Source: Atribacterota bacterium
GTDB lineage: Bacteria; Atribacterota; Phoenicimicrobiia; Phoenicimicrobiales; Phoenicimicrobiaceae
Direction: 5' to 3'
Assembly: GCA_038203565.1 (NCBI GenBank)
Contig: JBBRDV010000007.1
Coordinates: 1-39,355, forward strand
DNA: 39,355 nucleotides
Of this stretch, positions 27,613 to 36,726 are shown piece by piece. The notes under the pieces were generated by a model, which searched no databases, had not been told where the DNA came from, and worked only from the letters and a program-made list of their open reading frames with translations. Numbering within the stretch: position 1 is the first letter of the stretch; each line of letters opens with the position of its first letter. Made by a program: the position numbers and the translations under genes.

Positions 27613-28896
27613 ATGTTTGTGGATAGAGTGAAAATAAAAGTGAGAGCAGGAAGAGGGGGAAATGGAGCCGTAAGCTTCAGAAGAGAAAAGTATATCCCTA
27701 AAGGTGGTCCTAACGGGGGAGACGGAGGAAAAGGCGGAGATACAATTATTGAAGCAGATGATAAGATTGGCACCTTAATAGACCTTTATAATCACCCTCA
27801 TCAAAATGCAAAAAACGGAGAAAACGGACAGGGAAGTAACAAGAAAGGGAAAAACGGAGAAGATTTATTAATAAAAGTTCCTTTGGGAACCTTAGTAGAG
27901 GATATGGACATCTCCGCCATTTTAAGCGATCTAATAGAGAACGGGCAAAGAATTATTGTAGCTCAAGGTGGACAGGGTGGACAGGGAAATTTTCGCTTTA
28001 AAAGTTCTATTAGAAGGAGCCCCAGATTTGCTCAAAAAGGAGAACCGGGAGAAGAAAAGAAATTATATTTAAGTCTAAAAATAATTGCCGATGTAGGATT
28101 GGTTGGCTATCCTAATGCCGGAAAATCTACTCTACTTTCTCGAATCTCAGCAGCTAAACCCAAGATTGCCGATTATCCCTTTACCACTATTATCCCTAAT
28201 TTAGGAGTAGTTAGTGTAGATGAAACAAAAAGTTTTATGGCAGCGGATATTCCCGGTCTAATCGAAGGCGCCCATCAAGGGACTGGTTTGGGAGATGAGT
28301 TTTTAAAACACATTGAAAGAACTAAAATAATCTTGCATATTATCGACGGTTCTCTAATAAAAAAAGAGGATCCATTATATAGTTTTAGGGCTATAAACAA
28401 AGAATTAAATAGTTTTAGTGAAAAACTGACAAAAAAAACCCAGCTTATAGCTATAAACAAATGTGACCTTCTTTCTGTTAAAGAAAATATGAATTACTTT
28501 AAAGATGCTTTCCATAAAGAAGGTTATCAAATATTTCCCATTTCTGCTTTAACCGGAGAAGGATTAAATAAACTAATCTATAGTCTTTCTTCTTTGTTGG
28601 ATGAATTAAAATTAAAAGAAAAAGAGACGATTACTGAGGTTTTACCTAAAAAAGGAACAGTGTATAAATTTGCCCCCCGGTTTATAATTAATAAAAAGGG
28701 AGACCTTTATGAAGTTACCGGGGCAGAGATTGAACGGATAGTAGCGATGACCAATTTTAATAATGAGGAAGCAATAGATTATTTCCAGAAAATTATAAAA
28801 AAAATGGGTTTAGAAAAGGATTTAATTAAAAAAGGAATTAAAGAGGGAGATCAGGTAAAAATCAAGGAAATCATTTTTACTTTTTCCAATAAATAA
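27613..28896 (+). CDS. obgE: GTPase ObgE/CgtA with C-terminal DUF1967 domain
   Basis: MFVD...G.GG.G..SFRREK, GYPNAGKST, DIPG, NKCD. Confidence 0.97.
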   Translation: MFVDRVKIKVRAGRGGNGAVSFRREKYIPKGGPNGGDGGKGGDTIIEADDKIGTLIDLYNHPHQNAKNGENGQGSNKKGKNGEDLLIKVPLGTLVEDMDISAILSDLIENGQRIIVAQGGQGGQGNFRFKSSIRRSPRFAQKGEPGEEKKLYLSLKIIADVGLVGYPNAGKSTLLSRISAAKPKIADYPFTTIIPNLGVVSVDETKSFMAADIPGLIEGAHQGTGLGDEFLKHIERTKIILHIIDGSLIKKEDPLYSFRAINKELNSFSEKLTKKTQLIAINKCDLLSVKENMNYFKDAFHKEGYQIFPISALTGEGLNKLIYSLSSLLDELKLKEKETITEVLPKKGTVYKFAPRFIINKKGDLYEVTGAEIERIVAMTNFNNEEAIDYFQKIIKKMGLEKDLIKKGIKEGDQVKIKEIIFTFSNK

Positions 28897-28930
28897 GGTA
28901 TAATTTTAGTAATTAGCGTATTAGGATAAT

Positions 28931-28965
28931 TAGTATATAGTATTTAGTATATGGTATTTAGTGAA
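28931..28965. repeat. Heptamer array TAGTAT(A/T)
   Basis: TAGTATA TAGTATT TAGTATA TGGTATT TAGTGAA. Confidence 0.8.
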
Positions 28966-29071
28966 AAAAAGAAAAATAAAGAGAAAGAAACAAGAAGATA
29001 GAATAAATTCGTATCTCGTAAATCATATCTAACGACTAAATGAATTGGTTAATTAAAGCAAAGGTGAATAA

Positions 29072-32000
29072 ATGGCTAAAATAATTAATTGTCTTTTAAA
29101 AGAAAAATTTTCATTGAAACTTTTTTACACCATTATTATTTTTATAATAATGATAAGTTTTTTTTGTAATATTCAGATTGTTCAAGCCTCCGACAGGAAG
29201 ATAAGCGTTTTATATTTTAATAATCGTACCGGGCAGTCAAGCTGGGATTGGTTAAGTAAAGGTTTGACCGACATGCTGATAAGTGATCTTTCTCAGATTG
29301 ATATTTTCATCTGTACTTCTCGTCAAGAGATAGAGGATTTGTACTATAAATATGATTTGTTACCCATTTCAGCCGAGATAGATAAATCTCTATTAATCCA
29401 GTTTAGTAAGAATCTAAATGCTGAGGTTATATTTTTTGGCGATTTCTATCTTTCTTCTCCCTCTAGTTTGAATTTGAGTCTTAAAAAGTACGATAACTCC
29501 ACCGGAGAAATTACCGCTTTTCGAGATTTTATAGTGGGAAACACAGATATTTTTAACTTAAAAGATCAACTAGTTTTATATATCTTAAAAGAGTTAAATG
29601 TTGAATTATCAATTCAAGATAAAGATAGATTAACAAAAACTCCCACTACTTCGCTTAAAGCTCTGAGTAATTATTACAAATGTGTTGATTCAATGGATAA
29701 AGCCATTATTGAATATAAAGGTGTTGATTATCCCAGTAAAAAGTTATGGGCTCTTGCCATAGAATACGGAGAAGGGGCAGTGGCCGCAGACCCTAAGTAT
29801 GCTGAAGCTTATTATCTTTTAGCGGAGATTTATAACAAAACCCATTGGACTATTAAGGAAGCAAACAGTTTAAATAGTTTTATTCAACTGGTAGAAGGTA
29901 ATCATTTGGAAAGTAAAGATATTTATAAAAAAGCTTCCCAGGCTTATTTTCGATTAGGATATGCCTTTTATTCTAAAGGCGAGCATGAGCAGGCGCTCGA
30001 ATATTTTATTTCTTCTACAGAATATGATCCTGATTTATTAGAGGCCCATCTCTATTTGGTTCAAATTTATTATGATATGGGTGAGATAGGCCTTTCTCTT
30101 GATGAATCTAAAGAAGTTTTAAGGATAGATCCCCAGAACAAAGGCAAAGATATTTCCTGGATTATTAAAAAGAACGAACAGTCCGAAAAATACGGCCGGA
30201 AAGCTTATGAAAACTACGAAAAAGGCTATCTATCTTATAAAAATGGTAATTTTAAAGAGGCGGTAAGTTACTTTGAATCATCTATTTTAGCAAATTCTGA
30301 TTTTAAGGAACCTCATTACTATTTAGCCTTAAGTTATTACAAGATAGGGGATCTGGATAATTCTATTTCTCAATGGGAAGAAGTTATCAGGATTGATTCT
30401 TTCGACAATACAGCCCAACATTATTTAAATAATTGCCTGGAAGAGAAAAAATACGGGAGAGAGACTTTAAAGCATTTTAACACCGGCTATGATTATTATT
30501 TGAAAGGTGAATATGATAAAGCCCTCGAAGAATTTACCAGATCTTTAGATTATAATCCTGAATTTGAAAAAGCCCGTCAATTTCTTTCCCGCTCATATTA
30601 TCAGCTTAATCTGATGGACGAATACCGCGAAGAAAGAAAAAAGACGACCGAATTACGAGCCAGTAGTGAGGAAGAAAAAGCTGTAGAATATTATAAATTA
30701 GGCTATGAATTTTATTCTTTAAAGGAGTACACCGTGGCTGTTGAAGAAATAAAAAAAGCCCTGGATATAAAGAGTGATTATCCCCATGCCCGTTACCTGT
30801 TGGCTGAGTGTTATTTCCAGCAGAAGGAATATAAGTTGGCTCAGGTAGAGTATGAGAGAGTAGTCACCGATTCGGAGATAAACGAGTATACCGATGATGC
30901 CCTCTGGGGCAGCGGGTGGTGTTATTATCTGTTAGAAGAATATGAAGAAGCAGCCAAGAGGTTTTTGAAATTATTAAATGATTTTCCCGATAGCGATTTA
31001 GCCTTACAAGCCAGACATAAGTTGGGTAAATCTTATTTTCAGGGGAATAATTATGCGGATACAATCAAAGTTTACCGGGAATTTTTAGAGAAATATTCCG
31101 CATATAAAGGGAAAGAGACAGAAGAAGTTTATTACTTGTTGGGTCAAGCTTATTTTAGCTCTGGGAAATATCAAGAAGCAGAAGAAGCATTTAATAATTT
31201 ATTATTTCTCTTTCCGGGATTTGAATTGGCTTCCGAAGTGAAATATTATAATAGTTTGAGTTTATTTAAAGAAAAGAAATATGAGGAAGCGATAGTACAA
31301 TTAAAGGACGTAATCTCAAAAACAGATATAGAAGATAATAGGAAAAAAGAGGCTCAATATTTACTGGCTCGGTGCTGGCTTAATTTACAAGAATACAGTA
31401 AAGCTATTGAAAATCTAGAAGCCTTAAAGCAGTTCGAAATGGAAGATTCTTTATTGGAAAATGTCAGTTTTGATTTAGGTTTGGCTTATTCCCGGCAGGG
31501 TGATAAGGAAGAGGCAATTTTAAAATTTCAAGAATTTATAGAGAAATATCCGCAAAGTGAGCTTATTAAGTCAGCCCATTTCGAATTGGGTAAGAATTTG
31601 TATGATTTAAAAAAATATCAATTAGCTTTATCAGAATTAATGGAAACATCCACCGATGAAGCACTCTATTTAAGAGGGAAGGCCTCTAAAGAATTAGGGG
31701 ATCAAGAAGCAGAAATTGCAGCATTTGAAGAATTAAGAGAAAAATACCCCCAGAGTAATTTTTCTCAGGAGGCCTATTTTAGATTAGGCAATTATTATTA
31801 TAATCAGAAGAGAGATAAAGAGGCAATTGAGGAATTTAATAAAATTATTCAATTTTTCCCTCAATCTCCTTTACTCTCGGAAAGCTATTACTGGATGGGG
31901 TGGAGTTATTTTAAATTAACTGATTATGAGAAGGCGAGCGAATATTTTAACCAAGTGGAAGAAGATGGAGAAAATTTAGATTTGGGGCAAAGAGCAAAGT

Positions 32001-32695
32001 TTATGGCGGCAGAATCATGGTATAATCTTAAAGATTACCAGAAGGCCAGAGAAGCATACGAAAAATTTATCGAAATGTATCCTAAGGGGGATTTATCAGC
32101 TAATGCCCAATTTGCTATCGCCTGGACTTATCTGGAGAATAAAGATTACCAATCGTCCATAGAGGAATTTAAAAAACTTATAAGTATTTATCCTGATAGT
32201 AAATTCACTGAAGAAGCGCAGTTTAGAGTTGGCAAGAACTATTATCTTTTAGGAGATAAGAATGTGGCTAAGGCAGAACTGGGAAAGTTTATAAATTCTT
32301 ACAGTAATAGTAGTTTCAGGGCAGAAGCTATGTATTTATTAAGCCAGATCTATTTACAGGAAGAGGACTGGATGGAAAGTATTATCAATTTAGATAGGCT
32401 GGTAAGAGAATATTCTGATAGTCCATATCTGTCAGAGGCTTTGTATGGACTGTGTCTTTCTTATTTTAAAAAAGATGAATATGAAAAGGCCATTAAGGAG
32501 GGAGAAAAATATTTAGAAGCTTATTCCAATCTAGATTATGGTGATGATATTCTGTATATCAAGGCAATTTGCTGGGAAAAGTTAGAAAATCAGGAAAAAG
32601 CTATTTCTGATTACCAGAATTTGATCTCTAAATATCCTCAAAGTCCATATGGTGTAAAAGCCCAGGAAAGATTAGAAGCATTAGAGAGGGAATAA
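29072..32695 (+). CDS. Large exported TPR protein (N-terminal TolB_N/CsgG-like domain; many CpoB/BamD-like TPR units)
   Basis: Signal/TM helix; ISVLYFNN....WDWLSKGLTDMLISDLSQ; repeated A.Y.LG..Y and (F/Y)P.S motifs. Confidence 0.85.
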   Translation: MAKIINCLLKEKFSLKLFYTIIIFIIMISFFCNIQIVQASDRKISVLYFNNRTGQSSWDWLSKGLTDMLISDLSQIDIFICTSRQEIEDLYYKYDLLPISAEIDKSLLIQFSKNLNAEVIFFGDFYLSSPSSLNLSLKKYDNSTGEITAFRDFIVGNTDIFNLKDQLVLYILKELNVELSIQDKDRLTKTPTTSLKALSNYYKCVDSMDKAIIEYKGVDYPSKKLWALAIEYGEGAVAADPKYAEAYYLLAEIYNKTHWTIKEANSLNSFIQLVEGNHLESKDIYKKASQAYFRLGYAFYSKGEHEQALEYFISSTEYDPDLLEAHLYLVQIYYDMGEIGLSLDESKEVLRIDPQNKGKDISWIIKKNEQSEKYGRKAYENYEKGYLSYKNGNFKEAVSYFESSILANSDFKEPHYYLALSYYKIGDLDNSISQWEEVIRIDSFDNTAQHYLNNCLEEKKYGRETLKHFNTGYDYYLKGEYDKALEEFTRSLDYNPEFEKARQFLSRSYYQLNLMDEYREERKKTTELRASSEEEKAVEYYKLGYEFYSLKEYTVAVEEIKKALDIKSDYPHARYLLAECYFQQKEYKLAQVEYERVVTDSEINEYTDDALWGSGWCYYLLEEYEEAAKRFLKLLNDFPDSDLALQARHKLGKSYFQGNNYADTIKVYREFLEKYSAYKGKETEEVYYLLGQAYFSSGKYQEAEEAFNNLLFLFPGFELASEVKYYNSLSLFKEKKYEEAIVQLKDVISKTDIEDNRKKEAQYLLARCWLNLQEYSKAIENLEALKQFEMEDSLLENVSFDLGLAYSRQGDKEEAILKFQEFIEKYPQSELIKSAHFELGKNLYDLKKYQLALSELMETSTDEALYLRGKASKELGDQEAEIAAFEELREKYPQSNFSQEAYFRLGNYYYNQKRDKEAIEEFNKIIQFFPQSPLLSESYYWMGWSYFKLTDYEKASEYFNQVEEDGENLDLGQRAKFMAAESWYNLKDYQKAREAYEKFIEMYPKGDLSANAQFAIAWTYLENKDYQSSIEEFKKLISIYPDSKFTEEAQFRVGKNYYLLGDKNVAKAELGKFINSYSNSSFRAEAMYLLSQIYLQEEDWMESIINLDRLVREYSDSPYLSEALYGLCLSYFKKDEYEKAIKEGEKYLEAYSNLDYGDDILYIKAICWEKLENQEKAISDYQNLISKYPQSPYGVKAQERLEALERE

Positions 32696-32697
32696 TA

Positions 32698-32898
32698 AGT
32701 ATATCGTATATCGTATTTCGTATATTGTGAGGAAAATAAGAATAAGAAAAGATTAACGGGTTATAGGTTGCAAGTTTCAAGTTTATAAAAAGCTCAAACG
32801 CGTAGGGTTGTTTTGTTATAGACTCTTCCAACGAACCGAAAACTAGTTTTTCTTTTCTAAAAACTATAAACTAAGAACTAAAAACCGTGAACGCGCTA
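32698..32898. repeat. Three short heptamer arrays in one intergenic region
   Basis: AGTATAT CGTATAT CGTATTT CGTATAT; GGGTTAT AGGTTGC AAGTTTC AAGTTTA; CTAAAAA CTATAAA CTAAGAA CTAAAAA CCGTGAA. Confidence 0.7.
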
Positions 32899-32954
32899 TC
32901 TTGTATCTTAAATTTAATTACTAAAATCACAAAAGAAGAGGGGGAAAATATTTA

Positions 32955-33635
32955 ATGTTAGAAGTTTTTGAAAAAGGTGGGTTCTTAATGTACCCCATCT
33001 TTATATGCTCGTTAATTGCAATGACTATTTTCTTTGAGAGGATGTTCTATTTAAAGAGCATTAAAACTAAAAGTAAAAAATATGTTTTACGAGTTAAAAA
33101 TTTAGTTAAAAAGGGGAGCATTGAACTGGCTATTTCTGCTTGTCGTAAAAGTCTCACTCCCATTTCAAAGATTATGTTGGCCGGTTTAATGAAATTTGGC
33201 CGGGGAAGGGATGCGATGAAAGAGGCGGTTGAAGATAGAGCCAGACAGGAAATTCCTATATTAGAGAAAAACTTGTCTACGCTTTCTACCATTGGTAATA
33301 TTACTCCATTATTGGGGCTTTTGGGAACAGTGTTTGGTATGGTTAAAGCCTTCAATGTAATAGCAATTGTGGGAGTAGGTAACCCAGTAGCACTGGCAGG
33401 AGGAATTTCTGTAGCACTGCTTACTACTGCCTTTGGATTATCGGTAGCTATACCGACTATCGTGATTTATAATTATTTATCTCACCGAGTAGATGAATTG
33501 ATAAGAGAGATGGAAGTAAATTGTATAGAGCTTATAGATCTTCTAACTTATCAGGAAACTAATAATGTTGGGGTTATTCGAGACAGTCTTAATCAGGATG
33601 GTGAAGTAGAATATGAAATTTCCTCATCTAAATAA
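32955..33635 (+). CDS. exbB: MotA/TolQ/ExbB proton channel protein
   Basis: GG.LMYPI, PLLGLLGTVFGM..AF, LAGGISVALLTTAFGL.VAIP. Confidence 0.92.
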   Translation: MLEVFEKGGFLMYPIFICSLIAMTIFFERMFYLKSIKTKSKKYVLRVKNLVKKGSIELAISACRKSLTPISKIMLAGLMKFGRGRDAMKEAVEDRARQEIPILEKNLSTLSTIGNITPLLGLLGTVFGMVKAFNVIAIVGVGNPVALAGGISVALLTTAFGLSVAIPTIVIYNYLSHRVDELIREMEVNCIELIDLLTYQETNNVGVIRDSLNQDGEVEYEISSSK

Positions 33636-34029
33636 AAAGAGCGCCACTTTTGACCTGACTCCTTTAATTGATGTAGTTTTTCTTTTATTGTTATTTTTTA
33701 TGCTGACTACTACTTTTGTAAATTTAGAAAATAGAGTGAAAATTAATTTACCAAGCGGAGATTTTGCTGCTGCCGAGTCATCGGAAAATATTATCGTAAC
33801 CATTACCGAAAATAATACAATTTATTTTAATGGAAAATTAATAGACCCGTTAAAACTTTCCGCAAGCGTGGCTGCAGGAATAAAAGAGGAACCCGAAAAA
33901 ATAGTAGTTTTAGAGGCAGATAGAAATGTACTCCATGGTAAGGTAATCAGCGTGATGGATTTGCTTAAAAAGGGAGGAGCGGAAAGAATTGCCATCGCCA
34001 CCCAACCTGTGGAGCAAGAAATAAAATAG
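33613..34029 (+). CDS. exbD: ExbD/TolR biopolymer transport protein
   Basis: LTPLIDVVFLLLLFFM with conserved TM Asp; AD....G.V..VMD..K..G. Confidence 0.92.
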   Translation: MKFPHLNKKSATFDLTPLIDVVFLLLLFFMLTTTFVNLENRVKINLPSGDFAAAESSENIIVTITENNTIYFNGKLIDPLKLSASVAAGIKEEPEKIVVLEADRNVLHGKVISVMDLLKKGGAERIAIATQPVEQEIK

Positions 34030-34095
34030 TATATAGTCGTTAGTGGTTAGTGAATAGTGAACAGCAAAGAAAAAAAGAAGACAGGCTAACGACTA
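34027..34095. repeat. Heptamer array with downstream inverted unit
   Basis: TAGTATA TAGTCGT TAGTGGT TAGTGAA TAGTGAA starting at the exbD stop; CTAACGACTA (34086-34095) is the reverse complement of TAGTCGTTAG (34034-34043). Confidence 0.8.
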
Positions 34096-34119
34096 ATTTG
34101 ATTGAGGTATAAATAATAA

Positions 34120-35610
34120 ATGTCCATAGACAGATATAGAACAAAACGCTTAAAACAGAGTAAAAAGAGTTTTTTAGGGAGGTCATTTTTAATCTCTATC
34201 ATACTTAATATTATATTATTATTTGCTTTCGGAAATATGATCGCCTTTGATTTAACCAGGCCCTTACCAGAAAAAGAGTTTACTTTGGTTAGCCTGATGG
34301 AAATTCCTGCCCCAGAACAGCCAGAATCTAAGAAACCGGAGATTACCGAGAAAAAGCCCGTTGCTCAATTGGAAGTTAAGCCAAAAGCTGCACCGGTTTC
34401 ACCCGAACCACCCAAGATAAAAGAAGAGGTAACTGAAACAAAAGTAGTAAGCAAAGAAGAATTAACGGAAGGAGCACCAAAAGTAGAAGTTAAAACCCCT
34501 GAGATTGAGGCTGAGCCTGTTTCAATGGTTCCTCCAACTCAAACCAAAGATTCTTTAGGAGAGGACATAAGTGTTTCTACTGAATATTTTAAGCAGACTA
34601 TAACCAGCAGGAAAGAAGTTAAGGGAGAGATATTCGAACCGGGCGAATCACAGCTTAAAGTTAATTTAGGTGAAAAAAAAGAAGAAAATATCGAAGCAAC
34701 TTATGGTACTGTGGTAAATCCAGGAGAAATTACTACTCTTCCGGAAGTAAAGGAAAAAGAATCTCCTTTTGGCAGCAGACCTCTTTCTATTATGGTAGAA
34801 AATTCAGAAGGAGCCAGACCGCAAAGCGGCTTGGATAAAGCTAATATTGTCTATGAAGTTTTAGCAGAAGGGGGAATTACCAGGTTTTTAGCTATTTATT
34901 ATGACCAGGAGGCAGAAGAAGTTGGGCCGATAAGAAGTGCAAGACCTTATTTTGTTAGCAAATCTTTAGAGCATCAGGCGATTTATGTCCATGTGGGTGG
35001 GAGTGATGAGGCAACTAATTTTATAAAAGAAGAGAATGTAGATGATATAAATGAGTTTGTGGATTTTCAGCCCTTTTGGAGGTCTACAGACCGAGAACCA
35101 CCTCACAATTTATACACCTCTACCACAAAGTTGAGAAAAGAAGCCAATAAATTAGGTTATATTGAGATGCTAAAAAAGCAGGAATATCAATTTGAAATTA
35201 GTAGAAATGAAAAATTAACCGGCAGAGAAACTGATTCTATAGTAATTCCTTACTACGGTAACTATACGGTTAGTTACAAATACCAACCTGAATCGATGAA
35301 ATATATGAGATTTATGAATGGTGAACCTCACATAGATGCCAAGACTAAAAAGCAATTAGCGGTAGATAATATTATAATTCAATTTGCTGATACCAAAATT
35401 ATTGACCAAGAGGGAAGGCTGGCGATAGATTTCGTTGGCAAGGGAACAGGATTATTATTTTTTAAAGGTAACTCAACAGAAATTACCTGGGAAAAGACAG
35501 ATCTAAGAGCAAGAACCCTATTTTTAGACAAAGAAGGGAATAGAATAGCTTTAACTCCGGGAAATGTTTGGATTCAAATTGTTCCTTCGGATCTAACGGT
35601 AAAATATTAA
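34120..35610 (+). CDS. TonB/TolA-like membrane anchor and Pro/Glu/Lys-rich linker fused to a DUF3048 (YerB-like) domain
   Basis: TM SFLISIILNIILLF; ~170-aa P/E/K linker; RPLSIMVENS..ARPQSGL..A.IVYE..AEGGITRF...VGPIRSARPYF, PHNLY, LTPG..WIQIVP. Confidence 0.8.
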   Translation: MSIDRYRTKRLKQSKKSFLGRSFLISIILNIILLFAFGNMIAFDLTRPLPEKEFTLVSLMEIPAPEQPESKKPEITEKKPVAQLEVKPKAAPVSPEPPKIKEEVTETKVVSKEELTEGAPKVEVKTPEIEAEPVSMVPPTQTKDSLGEDISVSTEYFKQTITSRKEVKGEIFEPGESQLKVNLGEKKEENIEATYGTVVNPGEITTLPEVKEKESPFGSRPLSIMVENSEGARPQSGLDKANIVYEVLAEGGITRFLAIYYDQEAEEVGPIRSARPYFVSKSLEHQAIYVHVGGSDEATNFIKEENVDDINEFVDFQPFWRSTDREPPHNLYTSTTKLRKEANKLGYIEMLKKQEYQFEISRNEKLTGRETDSIVIPYYGNYTVSYKYQPESMKYMRFMNGEPHIDAKTKKQLAVDNIIIQFADTKIIDQEGRLAIDFVGKGTGLLFFKGNSTEITWEKTDLRARTLFLDKEGNRIALTPGNVWIQIVPSDLTVKY

Positions 35611-35613
35611 GAG

Positions 35614-35644
35614 GTAACATTTTGTGCCAGGCACTAAATGTTAC
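35614..35644. repeat. Divergent REP-like hairpin with intact GTGCC-A-GGCAC core
   Basis: GTAACATTT-T-GTGCC-A-GGCAC-T-AAATGTTAC, 3 nt after a stop codon. Confidence 0.75.
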
Positions 35645-35665
35645 ATAATGTTATTTAGTCACTGG
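35638..35665 (-). other. dif-like Xer recombination/binding site
   Basis: Minus strand CCAGTGACTAA-ATAACA-TTATGTAACAT (11-6-11); right arm matches the E. coli XerD arm TTATGTTAAAT at 9/11; 22 nt upstream of xerD. Confidence 0.55.
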
Positions 35666-35687
35666 AATTTATGGATTTCCAAATATT

Positions 35688-36584
35688 ATGAAAAAATTAG
35701 AAGAAACTTTAGAGTGTTTTTTAGATTATCTATCTATAGAAAGAGGTTTAGCTCAAAATACTATAATTTCTTATAGGTATGATCTGATAAAGTATATTAG
35801 TTTTTTAAAAAAGAAGAGGATTTGTTCTTTTAATCAGACTAATAAAATTATTATTAGTAATTATTTTGTTTATCTAAGAGGAAAAGATTTAGAGATTAAT
35901 TCAATTTCTCGAAATTTAGTAGCAGTAAAGATGTTTTATCGTTTTTTGTTAATGGAAAGCCTTATCAAGGAAGACATCACCGGTTTGATTGAATTTCCCC
36001 GGGTTAGCAAAAAGCTTCCTCATGTTCTGAGTTTGAGAGAGATAAATCTTTTGTTAGATGAAGCAAATTTTAAAGGTAAATTAGGTTTAAGAGACCAGGC
36101 CGTATTAGAATTATTTTACGCAACAGGTCTAAGGGTGTCAGAACTGATACATTTAAAAATTAATGATATAAATATGGAAAATCATATGCTAAAATGTCTG
36201 GGGAAAGGTTCTAAAGAGAGGATAATTCCTTTTGGAGATAAAGCATGTCAGTCTTTAAATTTATATTTGGATAAAGTAAGGCCAAAATTAATTAAAAATC
36301 CGGATGAGGATACTTTATTTTTAAATAGCCGGGGAAAAAGGTTTTCTCGACAGGGGGTATTTTATCTGGTAAAACTATATACCCAAAAAGCAAGGATAGA
36401 AAAGAAGGTCACTCCACACACTTTAAGACATACTTTAGCTACCCATTTATTAGAAAATGGAGCAGATCTCAGGTCAGTCCAAGAGATGTTGGGGCACTCA
36501 GATATTTCCACTACCCAAATTTATACCCATGTAAGTAGAAAATGGGTCAGTGAGGAATATTATAGGGCATTTCCAAGAGTATAA
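35688..36584 (+). CDS. xerD: Site-specific tyrosine recombinase XerD
   Basis: ERGLAQNT..SY..DL, RD.A.LEL.YATGLRVSEL, GKGSKER, TPHTLRH..ATHLL.NGADLRSVQEMLGH.DISTTQIYTHV. Confidence 0.93.
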   Translation: MKKLEETLECFLDYLSIERGLAQNTIISYRYDLIKYISFLKKKRICSFNQTNKIIISNYFVYLRGKDLEINSISRNLVAVKMFYRFLLMESLIKEDITGLIEFPRVSKKLPHVLSLREINLLLDEANFKGKLGLRDQAVLELFYATGLRVSELIHLKINDINMENHMLKCLGKGSKERIIPFGDKACQSLNLYLDKVRPKLIKNPDEDTLFLNSRGKRFSRQGVFYLVKLYTQKARIEKKVTPHTLRHTLATHLLENGADLRSVQEMLGHSDISTTQIYTHVSRKWVSEEYYRAFPRV

Positions 36585-36586
36585 AA

Positions 36587-36706
36587 CAGTATATAGTATA
36601 TAGTGAAGAGGGAGAGCGTGGAGCGTATAGCGTTTAGCGTATAGGATATTAGTTATCCAGTTAACTAAATACTAACGACTAAATTTATAAACTAACCAAC
36701 TAACTA
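36587..36706. repeat. Heptamer arrays (forward TAG-type then reverse CTA-type)
   Basis: CAGTATA TAGTATA TAGTGAA ... GAGCGTG GAGCGTA TAGCGTT TAGCGTA ... ACTAAAT ACTAACG ACTAAAT. Confidence 0.75.
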
Positions 36707-36726
36707 AAATAGGGAGAGCAACAGAA

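Noticed and set aside
35688..36584. Tyrosine recombinase as prophage or integron integrase
   Set aside because: Sequence and length match housekeeping XerD, it lies next to punA as in Firmicutes, and no phage genes are nearby
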